This document shows positions 55,499 to 64,000 of a DNA stretch of 64,000 nt, in pieces. Location: the NCBI GenBank assembly GCA_965250285.1, contig OZ252299.1:3616001-3680000 (forward strand), in the 5' to 3' direction. The DNA is from Myxococcota bacterium (GTDB lineage Bacteria; Myxococcota_A; UBA9160; UBA4427). The position numbers and the translations under genes are program-made. How positions within the stretch are numbered: the stretch's first letter is position 1; every line of letters begins with the position of its first letter. The notes beneath the pieces are model-generated. The model was not told where the DNA came from. It ran no database searches and saw only the letters and a program-made list of their open reading frames with translations.

Positions 55499-56578
55499 AT
55501 GAAGCGAATCCTCCTGATCACCGTCGGCCTCGTCGTCGTGCTGGGCCTCGGCGCCTACGCGATGCGCAAACCGCTCACGATGCGCGCCATCAGTCGCGTC
55601 GCCGAAGGCAACCTGGCGAGCAGCGTGATCGACGAGCTCCCCGACGGGCTGCATGTCGGCCTCTGCGGGGCCGGCTCTCCGCTGCCCGACCCCGAGCGTT
55701 CGGGGCCCTGCACAGCGGTGATCGCCGGCGACCAGCTCTTCATCGTCGACTCTGGATCGGGCTCGGCGCGCGTGCTCGGCCGCATGCGCATACCGCAGGG
55801 CGAGGTCGACGCCGTCTTCCTGACGCACTTCCACTCCGACCACATCGACGGGCTCGGTGAGCTGATGCTGCAGCGCTGGGCCAACGGCGGAACGACCGAG
55901 CCGGCGCCGCTTTATGGGCCATCGGGCGTCGAAGAGGTCGCGCGTGGCTTCGACGTCGCCTACCAGCAGGACTATGGCTACCGCGTCGCCCACCACGGCG
56001 ACGACGTCGTGCCCCGAAGCGGCGCCGGAGCGCGTGCCATGCCATTCGCCGTGCCACCGAACGGTGAAGGCGAGCTGCTGATCGACCGCGACGGCGTGAA
56101 GGTGACGGCGTTTCGCGTCGATCACGACCCCGTCGAACCCTCGGTCGGCTACCGCTTCGACTACGGCGACCGCTCGGTCGTCATCAGCGGCGACACGGCC
56201 AAGTCATCGAATCTCGAAGCGTTCGCGCGCGATACCGATCTGCTCGTGCACGAGGCGCTCGCGCCCCAGCTCGTCGCAGTGCTGACCGACGCCGCCCGGC
56301 GGGCCGGGAACGACCGGCTCGCCAAGATCACGGTCGACATTCTCGACTACCACACGACCCCGGTCGAAGCGGCCGAGTCGGCGCAGACCGCGGGCGCCCG
56401 CCACCTGCTCTTCAACCACATCGTGCCACCGCTGCTGCTGCCGCCCATGGTCGAGATCTTCACGGAGGGGGTCGACGACGCATACGATGGCCCGTTCACG
56501 GTGGGGAAGGACGGCACGCTCGTCTCGATGCCGGCGGGTTCGGACGAAATCGAGGTGTCGCTCAGCCGGGGGTTCTGA
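55499..56578 (+). CDS. MBL-fold metallohydrolase (RNase Z/AtsA-like) with N-terminal anchor
   Basis: THFHSDHIDG, VDH, ISGDT, LVHEA and YHTT motifs. Confidence 0.88.
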   Translation: MKRILLITVGLVVVLGLGAYAMRKPLTMRAISRVAEGNLASSVIDELPDGLHVGLCGAGSPLPDPERSGPCTAVIAGDQLFIVDSGSGSARVLGRMRIPQGEVDAVFLTHFHSDHIDGLGELMLQRWANGGTTEPAPLYGPSGVEEVARGFDVAYQQDYGYRVAHHGDDVVPRSGAGARAMPFAVPPNGEGELLIDRDGVKVTAFRVDHDPVEPSVGYRFDYGDRSVVISGDTAKSSNLEAFARDTDLLVHEALAPQLVAVLTDAARRAGNDRLAKITVDILDYHTTPVEAAESAQTAGARHLLFNHIVPPLLLPPMVEIFTEGVDDAYDGPFTVGKDGTLVSMPAGSDEIEVSLSRGF

Positions 56579-56719
56579 GGTGAATCGAACGGCGCGATAT
56601 CACGCAGGGGGCGATTCCCTGCTCTCGTTCGAGCCGACCCCCCGGATGCGACGCTAGACTCGGTTTGCCTTTCCTTTCGTCCGAGACCGCGACCCCGCGT
56701 CGCTCGAGGAGCCCCCACC

Positions 56720-57166
56720 ATGGCCGACTTCAGCGAGATTCCCTGGATCGCAGAGCACATCGCCCTCTACAAGAGCGACCCCGAGAAGGCCCATCACTGG
56801 GATTCGACGCCGCTCGGCGGGCCGGGCGTGTTGCCGACGCTGCTGCTCACGACGATCGGTCGCAAGTCGGGCGAGCCGCGCCCGCTGCCGCTCATCTACG
56901 GTGAGGCCGACGGCGCATACGTGATCATCGCGTCGAAGGGCGGCATGCCGAATCACCCCATCTGGTTTCTCAACCTCGAGGCGAACCCCGAGTGTGATCT
57001 GATGGTCGGACCGAAGCCCGTGAAGGCGCGTGCCCGCATCGCCGAGGGCGACGAGCGCGAGGCGCTCTGGAAGCAGATGGCCGAGATCTATCCGCCGTAC
57101 GACGACTATCAGAAGTCGGCCGGCGACCGCGTGATCCCGGTGGTCGTGCTCGACCCGATCGGTTGA
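56720..57166 (+). CDS. Ddn-family deazaflavin (F420)-dependent oxidoreductase
   Basis: LLLTTIGRKSG.PR..PL, ASKGG..HP.W..NL.ANP and YDDYQ....RVIPVVVL. Confidence 0.9.
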   Translation: MADFSEIPWIAEHIALYKSDPEKAHHWDSTPLGGPGVLPTLLLTTIGRKSGEPRPLPLIYGEADGAYVIIASKGGMPNHPIWFLNLEANPECDLMVGPKPVKARARIAEGDEREALWKQMAEIYPPYDDYQKSAGDRVIPVVVLDPIG

Positions 57167-57388
57167 CGCGCTCGCCGCACGTTGGCCTGCACCCGCGAGC
57201 GGGGTAGCCTTCTACTTCTTCGTCTTCGTCGAGCGCGCCCTGCCCTCGCCCTCACGCACCCGAGTCGAGTCATGCCGATTTCGCGACCGCATCTTTGAAT
57301 CGACCCGAGCGCCGGAGTCTCCGGCGCCGGAACGACGCGGTCGGCGTAGCAGGCTCCTGCTGCGGCCTCGCCGCGCAGGAGCCCCCCA

Positions 57389-57901
57389 TTGGCCGCACGC
57401 CCGAAACCCGGTGAGGATCTCACCCGGCGCTTGCCCATCACCGCAGCGCCGAGCGAAGACGATGCATTCGTCGTCGATCTGCGCCGCTGCATCGGCTGTC
57501 ATGCCTGCAGCGTCGCCTGCAAGACGGCGCACGACGTGCCGCTCGGTGAGTTCGCGCTGCGCGTGCGCTGGCTGCCTCGCCCCGACGGCCAGACCTATGC
57601 CTTCGTGCCCGTGTTCAGCGAATCAATGTGCGGCGGCGACCCCGAGAGCCTCGCCGTCGGTCTCGATCCGGCCTGCGTGCGGGCCTGTCCGACCGATGCG
57701 CTGGTGTACGGCGCGGGCACCGACGCGCGCATCGAAGCGCTTCGAGCGCAACACGCACCGCAGCCGCTCGCCGGGCCCAGGGCCACCGACCTCAAGACGA
57801 ACGTGCACTACATCGGGCTGGCCGGCTTCGAGGGCGAGCACCTGAATCGAGGGGCGGCGCTCGACCCCGCCGACCCCGATCCGATCTACGAGCAGAGGTA
57901 G
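57389..57901 (+). CDS. Shortened DmsB/NrfC-like 4Fe-4S subunit
   Basis: DLRRCIGCHACSVACK and C..D.....PACVRACPTDAL.YG; the two central cluster motifs are absent; TTG start is uncertain. Confidence 0.8.
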   Translation: MAARPKPGEDLTRRLPITAAPSEDDAFVVDLRRCIGCHACSVACKTAHDVPLGEFALRVRWLPRPDGQTYAFVPVFSESMCGGDPESLAVGLDPACVRACPTDALVYGAGTDARIEALRAQHAPQPLAGPRATDLKTNVHYIGLAGFEGEHLNRGAALDPADPDPIYEQR

Positions 57902-57906
57902 GCGCG

Positions 57907-60567
57907 ATGGGGCTCAAGCGACGCGAGTTCATTCGGCTCTCTGCGAGTGCAGCGGCCACGATCGCAGCGCCGGGATGGCTAGCGTGCGCCACCCACCGAC
58001 CTGCGGGCGACGCCGCCGCCCCGCCTCCGGTCCCGATCGACTACCGCCGAGCCGAAGCGAAGCCCACGATCTGCTTCGGCTGCACGACCCACTGCGGCGT
58101 GATCGGCTGGGTGCAGGACGGCCGCGTGCGGCTCATCGAAGGCAACCCGAACGATCCGAACAGCCAGGGCACGATCTGCAGCAAGGCGAATGGCCTCATC
58201 GAGGCGACCTACGACGAGGAGCGCCTGCTGTATCCGCTCCGGCGCATCGGCCCGCGTGGCTCGGGCGACTGGGAACGCATCTCGTGGGACGAGGCGCTCG
58301 ACACCGTGGCCACGAAGCTGCGCGCGCTGCGCGAGGCGGGCACGCCCGAGCAGTTCGTCTTTCACTACGGGCGCGACAAGACGAAGGGCTTCAGCAAGCG
58401 CTTCACGAACGCCTACGGCACACCGCACCGCCTGAACCGACGCTCGATCTGCAGCAGCAATCGGCGCGTGCCTCTGATGAGCTTCTACGGCCGCGAATTC
58501 GAGTGGGAGAGCCAGGACGTCGAGCACACGCAGCTCGTGATCAACTTCGGCGCCAACCCGATGGAGGCCCATCAGGGCGGCCAGTTCATGCGCAAGCGGT
58601 TGATGGATGCGCGCGTCGATCGCGGCGCCCGCCTCGTGACGTTCGACGTGCGTCCTTCGGCGACGGCCAGCGTCTCGGACGAGTATTTCGCCGTGGCGCC
58701 GGCGTCCGATGGCGCGATCGCGCTGGCGATGGCGCACGTGATCGTCGACGAAGGCCTCGGCGACGAAGCGTTCTGGCGACGCTGGGCCAACATGCCCTAC
58801 GAAGAGCTGGCGCCGATGCTCGCGCCCTACACGCCCGAGTTCGCCGAGGCCGAAAGCGGGGTCGCGGCCGACGACATCCGCCGCCTTGCCCGCGAGTTCG
58901 CAGGGGCCGCCCCGGCGTGCTGCACGCTGTCGAACCGTGGTTCGGCCAAGCACTACAACGGCGTGCAGGCCGATCGCGCGATTCGCATGCTCGACGTGCT
59001 CGTGGGCAACGTCGGCCGGCCCGGGGGCTTCTGTCTTTCGACGCTGCGCATGTGGAACAACCGGTACGGGCAGGAGGGGCTGCCGGTCATCGACCAGCCC
59101 GGGCCGAAGCCCAAGTCACCCGCGCCCTGGCGGCCCGGCACGCGCGAGTTCGAGACCCTGCCCGAAGACGTACAGGCACGCGTCGCCGCGTTCCCCGAAG
59201 CCTGGCAGGCGAAGTACTACGGCGAGCTGGCGACGCCGTCGGAATACCCCCTGTCGTGGCACTGGTATTCGATGCGGGTCGGCCAGATGGTCTACCCGTA
59301 CATCAAGGAAGGGAGGCAGAAGGTCGGCGCGTACATGTCGTACACGCTGGGCGCCGCCTACGGGTTCCCCGAGACCGACGTCGCGCGTGAGGTGCTCGAA
59401 GACGAATCGCTGATCCCCTTCCACGTGGCGATCGACATCAGCTACGGCGAGCAGACGGCGCTGGCCGACATCATCCTCCCCGACGCGACAGCGCTCGAGC
59501 GCTGGGATGCGCACTCGACCAACAGCTACGGGCTGCGCCCGTACACGGGCATCCGCCAGCCGCTCGTCGAGCCACGCGGCGAGGCGCGCTCGGCTCAGTG
59601 GATCTGGCAGCAGCTCGCCCAGCGGATCGGCGGCGGCATGGAGCAGTACTTCGCGTTCGACGACCTCGAAGACTTCTATCGCGAGTGGTACGCCGAGGTG
59701 CCGGTCGAGTGGAAGACGCTCAAACGCGACGGGATCTGGCAGGATCCGAACCGTCCCCTCGACTACGAGCTCTACGAGCGACCGCTCACCGAAGCCGAGC
59801 TCGAGGGCACGACGGTCGACTCCGAGACGGGGCTCGTCTATCGCGGCACAGGCAAAGCAAGCAGGAAGAAGCCGGTCGGCATCATGCGCGAGGGACAGGC
59901 GGTGCGCGGCTTCGATACGCCCACGCGCACGATCATGGTCGAAGACCCGGTCTTTCCCCTCGCGGCCGAGAAGACGGGGCTGCCGCTCGACGATCCGAAC
60001 GCGCAGTCGCGACCCCTCTACTTCAGGGTGCCCGAGCACGAGGGGCTCACCGACGACGAGTTCGTGTTCACCACGTTCAAGTGGAACGTGCATACGCAGG
60101 GGCGTTCGGCGAGCTGGGCCCAGGCCAGTGAGGTCGTCCACACGAATCATGCCTGGATGGCGCCCGAGACCGCGGCCCGGCTCGGCGTCGAGACGGGCGA
60201 CTGGGTCGACATCACCGTCGGCCGACCGAAGGGGCGCACGTATCGCTCCGGCGAGGCCGAGCCCGTCGGCACGCTGCGCAACCAGGTGCGCGTCGTACCG
60301 GGCCAGCATCCGCGGGTGATCTCGTGCTCACACCACGCGGGTCACTGGGAGCAGGGCACGACGGCGCGCGCAGCAACGGCGAGCGACCAGAAGGCCGCAC
60401 CGGCAGAGCCGCGCGCCGATCTGTGGTGGTCGCGAGAGCGAGGCGGCGTCGGCAACGGCCAGGCGCTCAACCACGTGCTGCCAATCAACCCGCAACCGCT
60501 GGTCGGCGGACAGAACTGGTTCGACAACGTCTGCTCGGTGCGGCGCGTCGATTCGGCGGAGAGCTAG
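57907..60567 (+). CDS. Tat-exported Mo/W-bisPGD oxidoreductase catalytic subunit (DMSO reductase family)
   Basis: KRREFI Tat motif; CFGCTTHC...C FS0 motif; RLLYPLRR, WDEALD, SICS and ADIILPDATALER; C-terminal dinucleotide-binding domain. Confidence 0.92.
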   Translation: MGLKRREFIRLSASAAATIAAPGWLACATHRPAGDAAAPPPVPIDYRRAEAKPTICFGCTTHCGVIGWVQDGRVRLIEGNPNDPNSQGTICSKANGLIEATYDEERLLYPLRRIGPRGSGDWERISWDEALDTVATKLRALREAGTPEQFVFHYGRDKTKGFSKRFTNAYGTPHRLNRRSICSSNRRVPLMSFYGREFEWESQDVEHTQLVINFGANPMEAHQGGQFMRKRLMDARVDRGARLVTFDVRPSATASVSDEYFAVAPASDGAIALAMAHVIVDEGLGDEAFWRRWANMPYEELAPMLAPYTPEFAEAESGVAADDIRRLAREFAGAAPACCTLSNRGSAKHYNGVQADRAIRMLDVLVGNVGRPGGFCLSTLRMWNNRYGQEGLPVIDQPGPKPKSPAPWRPGTREFETLPEDVQARVAAFPEAWQAKYYGELATPSEYPLSWHWYSMRVGQMVYPYIKEGRQKVGAYMSYTLGAAYGFPETDVAREVLEDESLIPFHVAIDISYGEQTALADIILPDATALERWDAHSTNSYGLRPYTGIRQPLVEPRGEARSAQWIWQQLAQRIGGGMEQYFAFDDLEDFYREWYAEVPVEWKTLKRDGIWQDPNRPLDYELYERPLTEAELEGTTVDSETGLVYRGTGKASRKKPVGIMREGQAVRGFDTPTRTIMVEDPVFPLAAEKTGLPLDDPNAQSRPLYFRVPEHEGLTDDEFVFTTFKWNVHTQGRSASWAQASEVVHTNHAWMAPETAARLGVETGDWVDITVGRPKGRTYRSGEAEPVGTLRNQVRVVPGQHPRVISCSHHAGHWEQGTTARAATASDQKAAPAEPRADLWWSRERGGVGNGQALNHVLPINPQPLVGGQNWFDNVCSVRRVDSAES

Positions 60568-60571
60568 GCAG

Positions 60572-61564
60572 ATGTCGAGCTGGATGCAGGGGATCCTGGC
60601 GATCGTGGTCGCGCTCATTGCGCCAGCGGCCCTGGCCGAAGAGACGCGCTCGATCGCGTTCCACTACGAGACGACGATCGGCCCGGTGCCGCTGGGTGCC
60701 GGGCCGGTCCACGTCTTCATCCCGCTCGCGCGCAACGACACCGACCAGCGCGTCGTCGCCGAAGCGATCGAGGCGTCGATCCCGGGCGGCATCGAGACCG
60801 AGGACGTCTACGGCAATCGCTTCTGGCACGGCCAGCTCGCCCGGTCGACGGGCGAGCCGATCACCGTCTCGGTCGAGACGACCGTCGAACGCGTCGTTCA
60901 GCGCAAGGCGCCCGTCGAATCGAGCGCGGGGCCGTCGGCGCAAGAGCGCGACGACCTGCGCCGGTATCTCACCTCGAACGAGCGCGTGATCGTGGGCCAC
61001 CCGATGCTCGACCCGATCCGGGCCGAGATTCGAAGCGCGGTCGGCGAGGGCAACAAGGCGGCCACCGCGCGCGGCATCTACGACTGGGTGGTCGAGAACG
61101 TCGAGTACAAGAAGGTCGGCGACGGCTGGGGCAACGGCGACATGTTCTGGGCGTGCAACGAGCGCCATGGCAACTGCACCGATTTCCACGCCCTCTTCAT
61201 CTCGCTCGCGCGCAGTGAAGGGATCCCGGCGCGCTTCGAGATCGGCTTTCCCGCGCCCGAGGGCGACGCCGCCGTCGCGATCGGTGGCTATCACTGCTGG
61301 GTCGAGTTCTACCTGCCCGAGACCGGCTGGTTTCCGATCGACGCCTCCGAGGCGGCCAAGCACCCCGAGCAGCGCGAGCTGCTCTACGGCACCCAGCCCG
61401 CCGACCGCATCCACTTCTCGACGGGCCGTGATCTTCGCCTGGGTCCCGACCACCGCGACGCGCCGCTCAACTACTTCGTGTATCCCCACGTCGAGGTCGA
61501 CGGTGCGCCGTGGCAGGGCGAGGTCGAGCATCGCTTCGTCTCTCGAGGGGGCGCCGAAAGCTGA
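60572..61564 (+). CDS. Secreted transglutaminase-like domain protein
   Basis: Signal peptide; GNCTDFH, YHCWVEF and PID form a Cys-His-Asp triad; starts 4 nt after the molybdoenzyme stop. Confidence 0.88.
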   Translation: MSSWMQGILAIVVALIAPAALAEETRSIAFHYETTIGPVPLGAGPVHVFIPLARNDTDQRVVAEAIEASIPGGIETEDVYGNRFWHGQLARSTGEPITVSVETTVERVVQRKAPVESSAGPSAQERDDLRRYLTSNERVIVGHPMLDPIRAEIRSAVGEGNKAATARGIYDWVVENVEYKKVGDGWGNGDMFWACNERHGNCTDFHALFISLARSEGIPARFEIGFPAPEGDAAVAIGGYHCWVEFYLPETGWFPIDASEAAKHPEQRELLYGTQPADRIHFSTGRDLRLGPDHRDAPLNYFVYPHVEVDGAPWQGEVEHRFVSRGGAES

Positions 61565-61633
61565 AACGTTGAATCGCAGCGATGTCTCGATGCGCCGCGG
61601 CCCCTTCGATTCATCGCGGCGCGAGTCACGGCG

Positions 61634-63331
61634 CTACGGCAGCCCCGTCTCCTCGGTGATCGTGCCGTCGTTGCCGGGCGGAGATCCCGCACCGCCGGTC
61701 GAGACGAGGGCGCCCGTCGTGATCGTCGGCGCGACGAGGGTGATGCTGCCGCCGTCGCCGCCCATCGAGCTCGGCGGCTCTTCGAGCACGTCTCCGCCCG
61801 AGGTGTCGATCGTCGGTTCGATGAAGATCGTGCCCGTGGTCGAATCGGTGACGCGGGCCACGTCGATATCGACCGGGCCTCCGCTCGCGGCGGTCAGCAC
61901 GGCCGCCCCTCCGCGCGACCGAATCGCAGAGACGCCGGTCAGCACGATGCGCTGGGTCGCGTTCGTGGGGTCATTGAAGATGCCGATCCCGATGTCGCCG
62001 CCGTTGCCCGCCAGGCTGCCGAGTGGGCCTCCATCGCCGCCCTTTGCGCTCAACGAGCCCCCGATCAGCACGTCGCCCGCCGGGACATCGGCGGCGCTGG
62101 GATCGGCCGACGTGTTGCTGGGCTGCGTCGAGATGGCGATGGGCCCACCCGCACCGGCTGAGAGGCCGGACGACGTGTTCCCACCCTCTGCGACGACGGA
62201 TCCGTCGATGGCCACCCTTCCCCCGCCGGCCTGGATGGTGATGGGCGCGCCTTGCCCCGCGGACGCGGCGAGCCCGTCCCCGCCGCCCGAGTACGTGCCG
62301 CCTTGCAGGAGGACGTCGCCCCAGATGGTCGCCACCGCACTCACGCTGCCGCCCATGCCACCGCTCGCGCCGGTGCCGCCCCGCGCATCGAGGGTGCACG
62401 CACAGCGCACAGAGCGAAAGGTCCCGAGTTGAATGTCGCCGGCGCGACCGCCGGCGCCGCCGGTCTCGGTGCTATCGCCCCCAAACGACAGCATCTGCCC
62501 CCTGAACTCGATTGAGTCGGCGCTCGCAGAGACTCCGGTGAAGAACGAGATCGTGCCGCCGTCGCCCGCATCGCCCCCAGCGTTGTCGGCGCCGTAGCTC
62601 GCGAGCCGGCCCGATGCGTAGGCGCCGGTCTGCACGAGAATCGCGATGCGGCCCCCCGACTGACCGGCCAGCTCGCCGAACGTGAGCATGCGACCCGAGC
62701 CGAAGTAGCGCGCGACGGTCAGGTTGATGCCACCTCGCTGCGCAGCCGTCACGTCGGGGATCGTGACGGTGCCGTCGTTGAGCAGGTCGCCGGGCAGAAA
62801 GACCAGCGCCTCGTTCTCGCCATTGAGCGCAAGCGTGAGGGTCGCCCCTTCTTCGACGGCGAGGGTATCGACGGGCAACTCGTCCTGGGTTTCAGCGTCG
62901 CCATCCGACACGTAGAGTCGATCGGATCCCGTCAGCGCATAGATTTCGCCCAAGGGCGGTGCGACGGGATCGAGGGCCACGCTGCGATCGCTCTCGACCA
63001 CGAGCACGACACCGAAGTTGCCGTCGAACCCGACGTCGCTCGGGCTCCAACCGGCGTCGACGTCTCCATCGCGCACGATCTCGATGGCGGCTCCGCCGTC
63101 GTAGAACAACCCGATCCGAATCAGCCCACCGACTCCACCCGAGAACCCCTCGCTGGCGGCCGAACCGCCCGAGGCGTCGATCACGAATCTCGGGCCCGAC
63201 GCGTCGTCGTCTTTGCAACCGAGTGCGCCCGAGATCAACCCGAGCACGATCAACGCCAGGCCGATTCGGCCCGTTTCTCTCATTCGACCCCAGAAGCGCA
63301 TCTGCATGACTCCATCGTCCGTTGGGGGCAC
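61634..63331 (-). CDS. Gly-rich repetitive surface lipoprotein (start uncertain)
   Basis: ALGC lipobox; recurring GG.GG.I.I units suggestive of a beta-solenoid. Confidence 0.72.
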   Translation of the reverse strand: MPPTDDGVMQMRFWGRMRETGRIGLALIVLGLISGALGCKDDDASGPRFVIDASGGSAASEGFSGGVGGLIRIGLFYDGGAAIEIVRDGDVDAGWSPSDVGFDGNFGVVLVVESDRSVALDPVAPPLGEIYALTGSDRLYVSDGDAETQDELPVDTLAVEEGATLTLALNGENEALVFLPGDLLNDGTVTIPDVTAAQRGGINLTVARYFGSGRMLTFGELAGQSGGRIAILVQTGAYASGRLASYGADNAGGDAGDGGTISFFTGVSASADSIEFRGQMLSFGGDSTETGGAGGRAGDIQLGTFRSVRCACTLDARGGTGASGGMGGSVSAVATIWGDVLLQGGTYSGGGDGLAASAGQGAPITIQAGGGRVAIDGSVVAEGGNTSSGLSAGAGGPIAISTQPSNTSADPSAADVPAGDVLIGGSLSAKGGDGGPLGSLAGNGGDIGIGIFNDPTNATQRIVLTGVSAIRSRGGAAVLTAASGGPVDIDVARVTDSTTGTIFIEPTIDTSGGDVLEEPPSSMGGDGGSITLVAPTITTGALVSTGGAGSPPGNDGTITEETGLP

Positions 63332-63480
63332 CGGGATGGATGCCGCCTCGTACCTTCGGCCGGTCGAAGGAGTGTCGCGCTTCGCGGCTGCGCTTGCGAC
63401 CTACTCAAAGCGCGGCCGGGGCGGGGATCAAACCTGCACCCGCCGGACGGCGAAGAAGCGCGTCCGGCGGGCGCGGCTCG

Positions 63481-63960
63481 TCAAGGCGTCGTCTGATCGG
63501 CAGCCGACGTCGCGGCATCGGCGGCCGAGTTGGCTGCCTCGGTGCCGGCCGCTGCGCCCTGGGCCGCCGCATCCGTCGCTGCGGCTTCGGCCTGGGCGCC
63601 CGCGTCGGTCGCCGCCTGCGCGGCCGCGTCCTGCGCAGCCTGGGCATCGACCGGCGGCGGCGCGGCCACGTCGGGTTCGTCGTCGATCGAGACGCAGCGG
63701 AACTTCGCCACGCGGGTCGTCGGCGTGGCCGCCGTCTTGACCACGGTGAAGCGCGCGGTTCGCTCGTACTTCGCGCACTCCTTCTGCGCGAGGTCGGTCG
63801 CTTCGCCGAGATCTCCCGCCTTGGGGAACTCGATGGCGACTTCATCGGGGGTCGTGGTGAGGACCTCGGGCCGGGCGGTGGCACAGGCCGTCGCAAGGCC
63901 TGCGGCCGCCATCACGATCACGGCGAGTCGAGTGACATCGTTGCGGGGACGATTCGTCAT
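63481..63960 (-). CDS. Small lipoprotein with Ala-rich tail
   Basis: ATAC lipobox; AQKECAKYERTA...FRC domain; low-complexity tail. Confidence 0.7.
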   Translation of the reverse strand: MTNRPRNDVTRLAVIVMAAAGLATACATARPEVLTTTPDEVAIEFPKAGDLGEATDLAQKECAKYERTARFTVVKTAATPTTRVAKFRCVSIDDEPDVAAPPPVDAQAAQDAAAQAATDAGAQAEAAATDAAAQGAAAGTEAANSAADAATSAADQTTP

Positions 63961-64000
63961 GGGGGACTCCAATTCAGGTTCGATGGGGGTGAATCAGCTA

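Noticed and set aside
55499..56578. Naming as rnz (tRNase Z)
   Set aside because: The N-terminal membrane/signal segment and the divergent TetR suggest an exported small-molecule hydrolase of the same fold.
57907..60567. Specific naming as arrA, psrA, ttrA or fdh, or as a selenoprotein
   Set aside because: The active-site segment matches none of these clearly from memory, and there is no in-frame TGA.
1..64000. tRNA, rRNA, IS elements, integrases, prophage or anti-phage defence genes
   Set aside because: None recognised by eye; small RNAs could be missed without covariance searches.

Overview
High-GC bacterial chromosomal window with about 60 protein-coding genes. No rRNA, tRNA, CRISPR array or transposase was recognised. 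Myxococcus-type Cys-rich repeats and a CorE-like sigma factor suggest a Myxococcota-like organism (inference). Main blocks: icd; a TetR-controlled Rieske oxygenase operon; a cyanate operon (cynS-cynABD plus a COG0523 GTPase and a WD40 protein) with a sigma54 promoter and an ANTAR hairpin/terminator leader, facing a NasT-type antiterminator; a tocopherol-cyclase-like gene coupled to an MMPL gene; a lipid/steroid-type catabolic cluster; gloB; phoX; an HxlR-controlled RND operon; and a Tat molybdoenzyme operon. The strongest novelty candidate is a 47-aa, 13-Cys metallothionein-like ORF (41490-41633, minus strand) that is absent from the ORF track. It lies just upstream of a CorE-like Cys-rich ECF sigma factor, behind an ECF-type promoter. 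Other highlights: a surface protein with four pacifastin-like modules that differ at the reactive site, a COG0523 GTPase whose CxCC motif is replaced by HGVH, and a deletion scar joining two gene tails. All family calls come from motif recognition by eye; no database searches were run.
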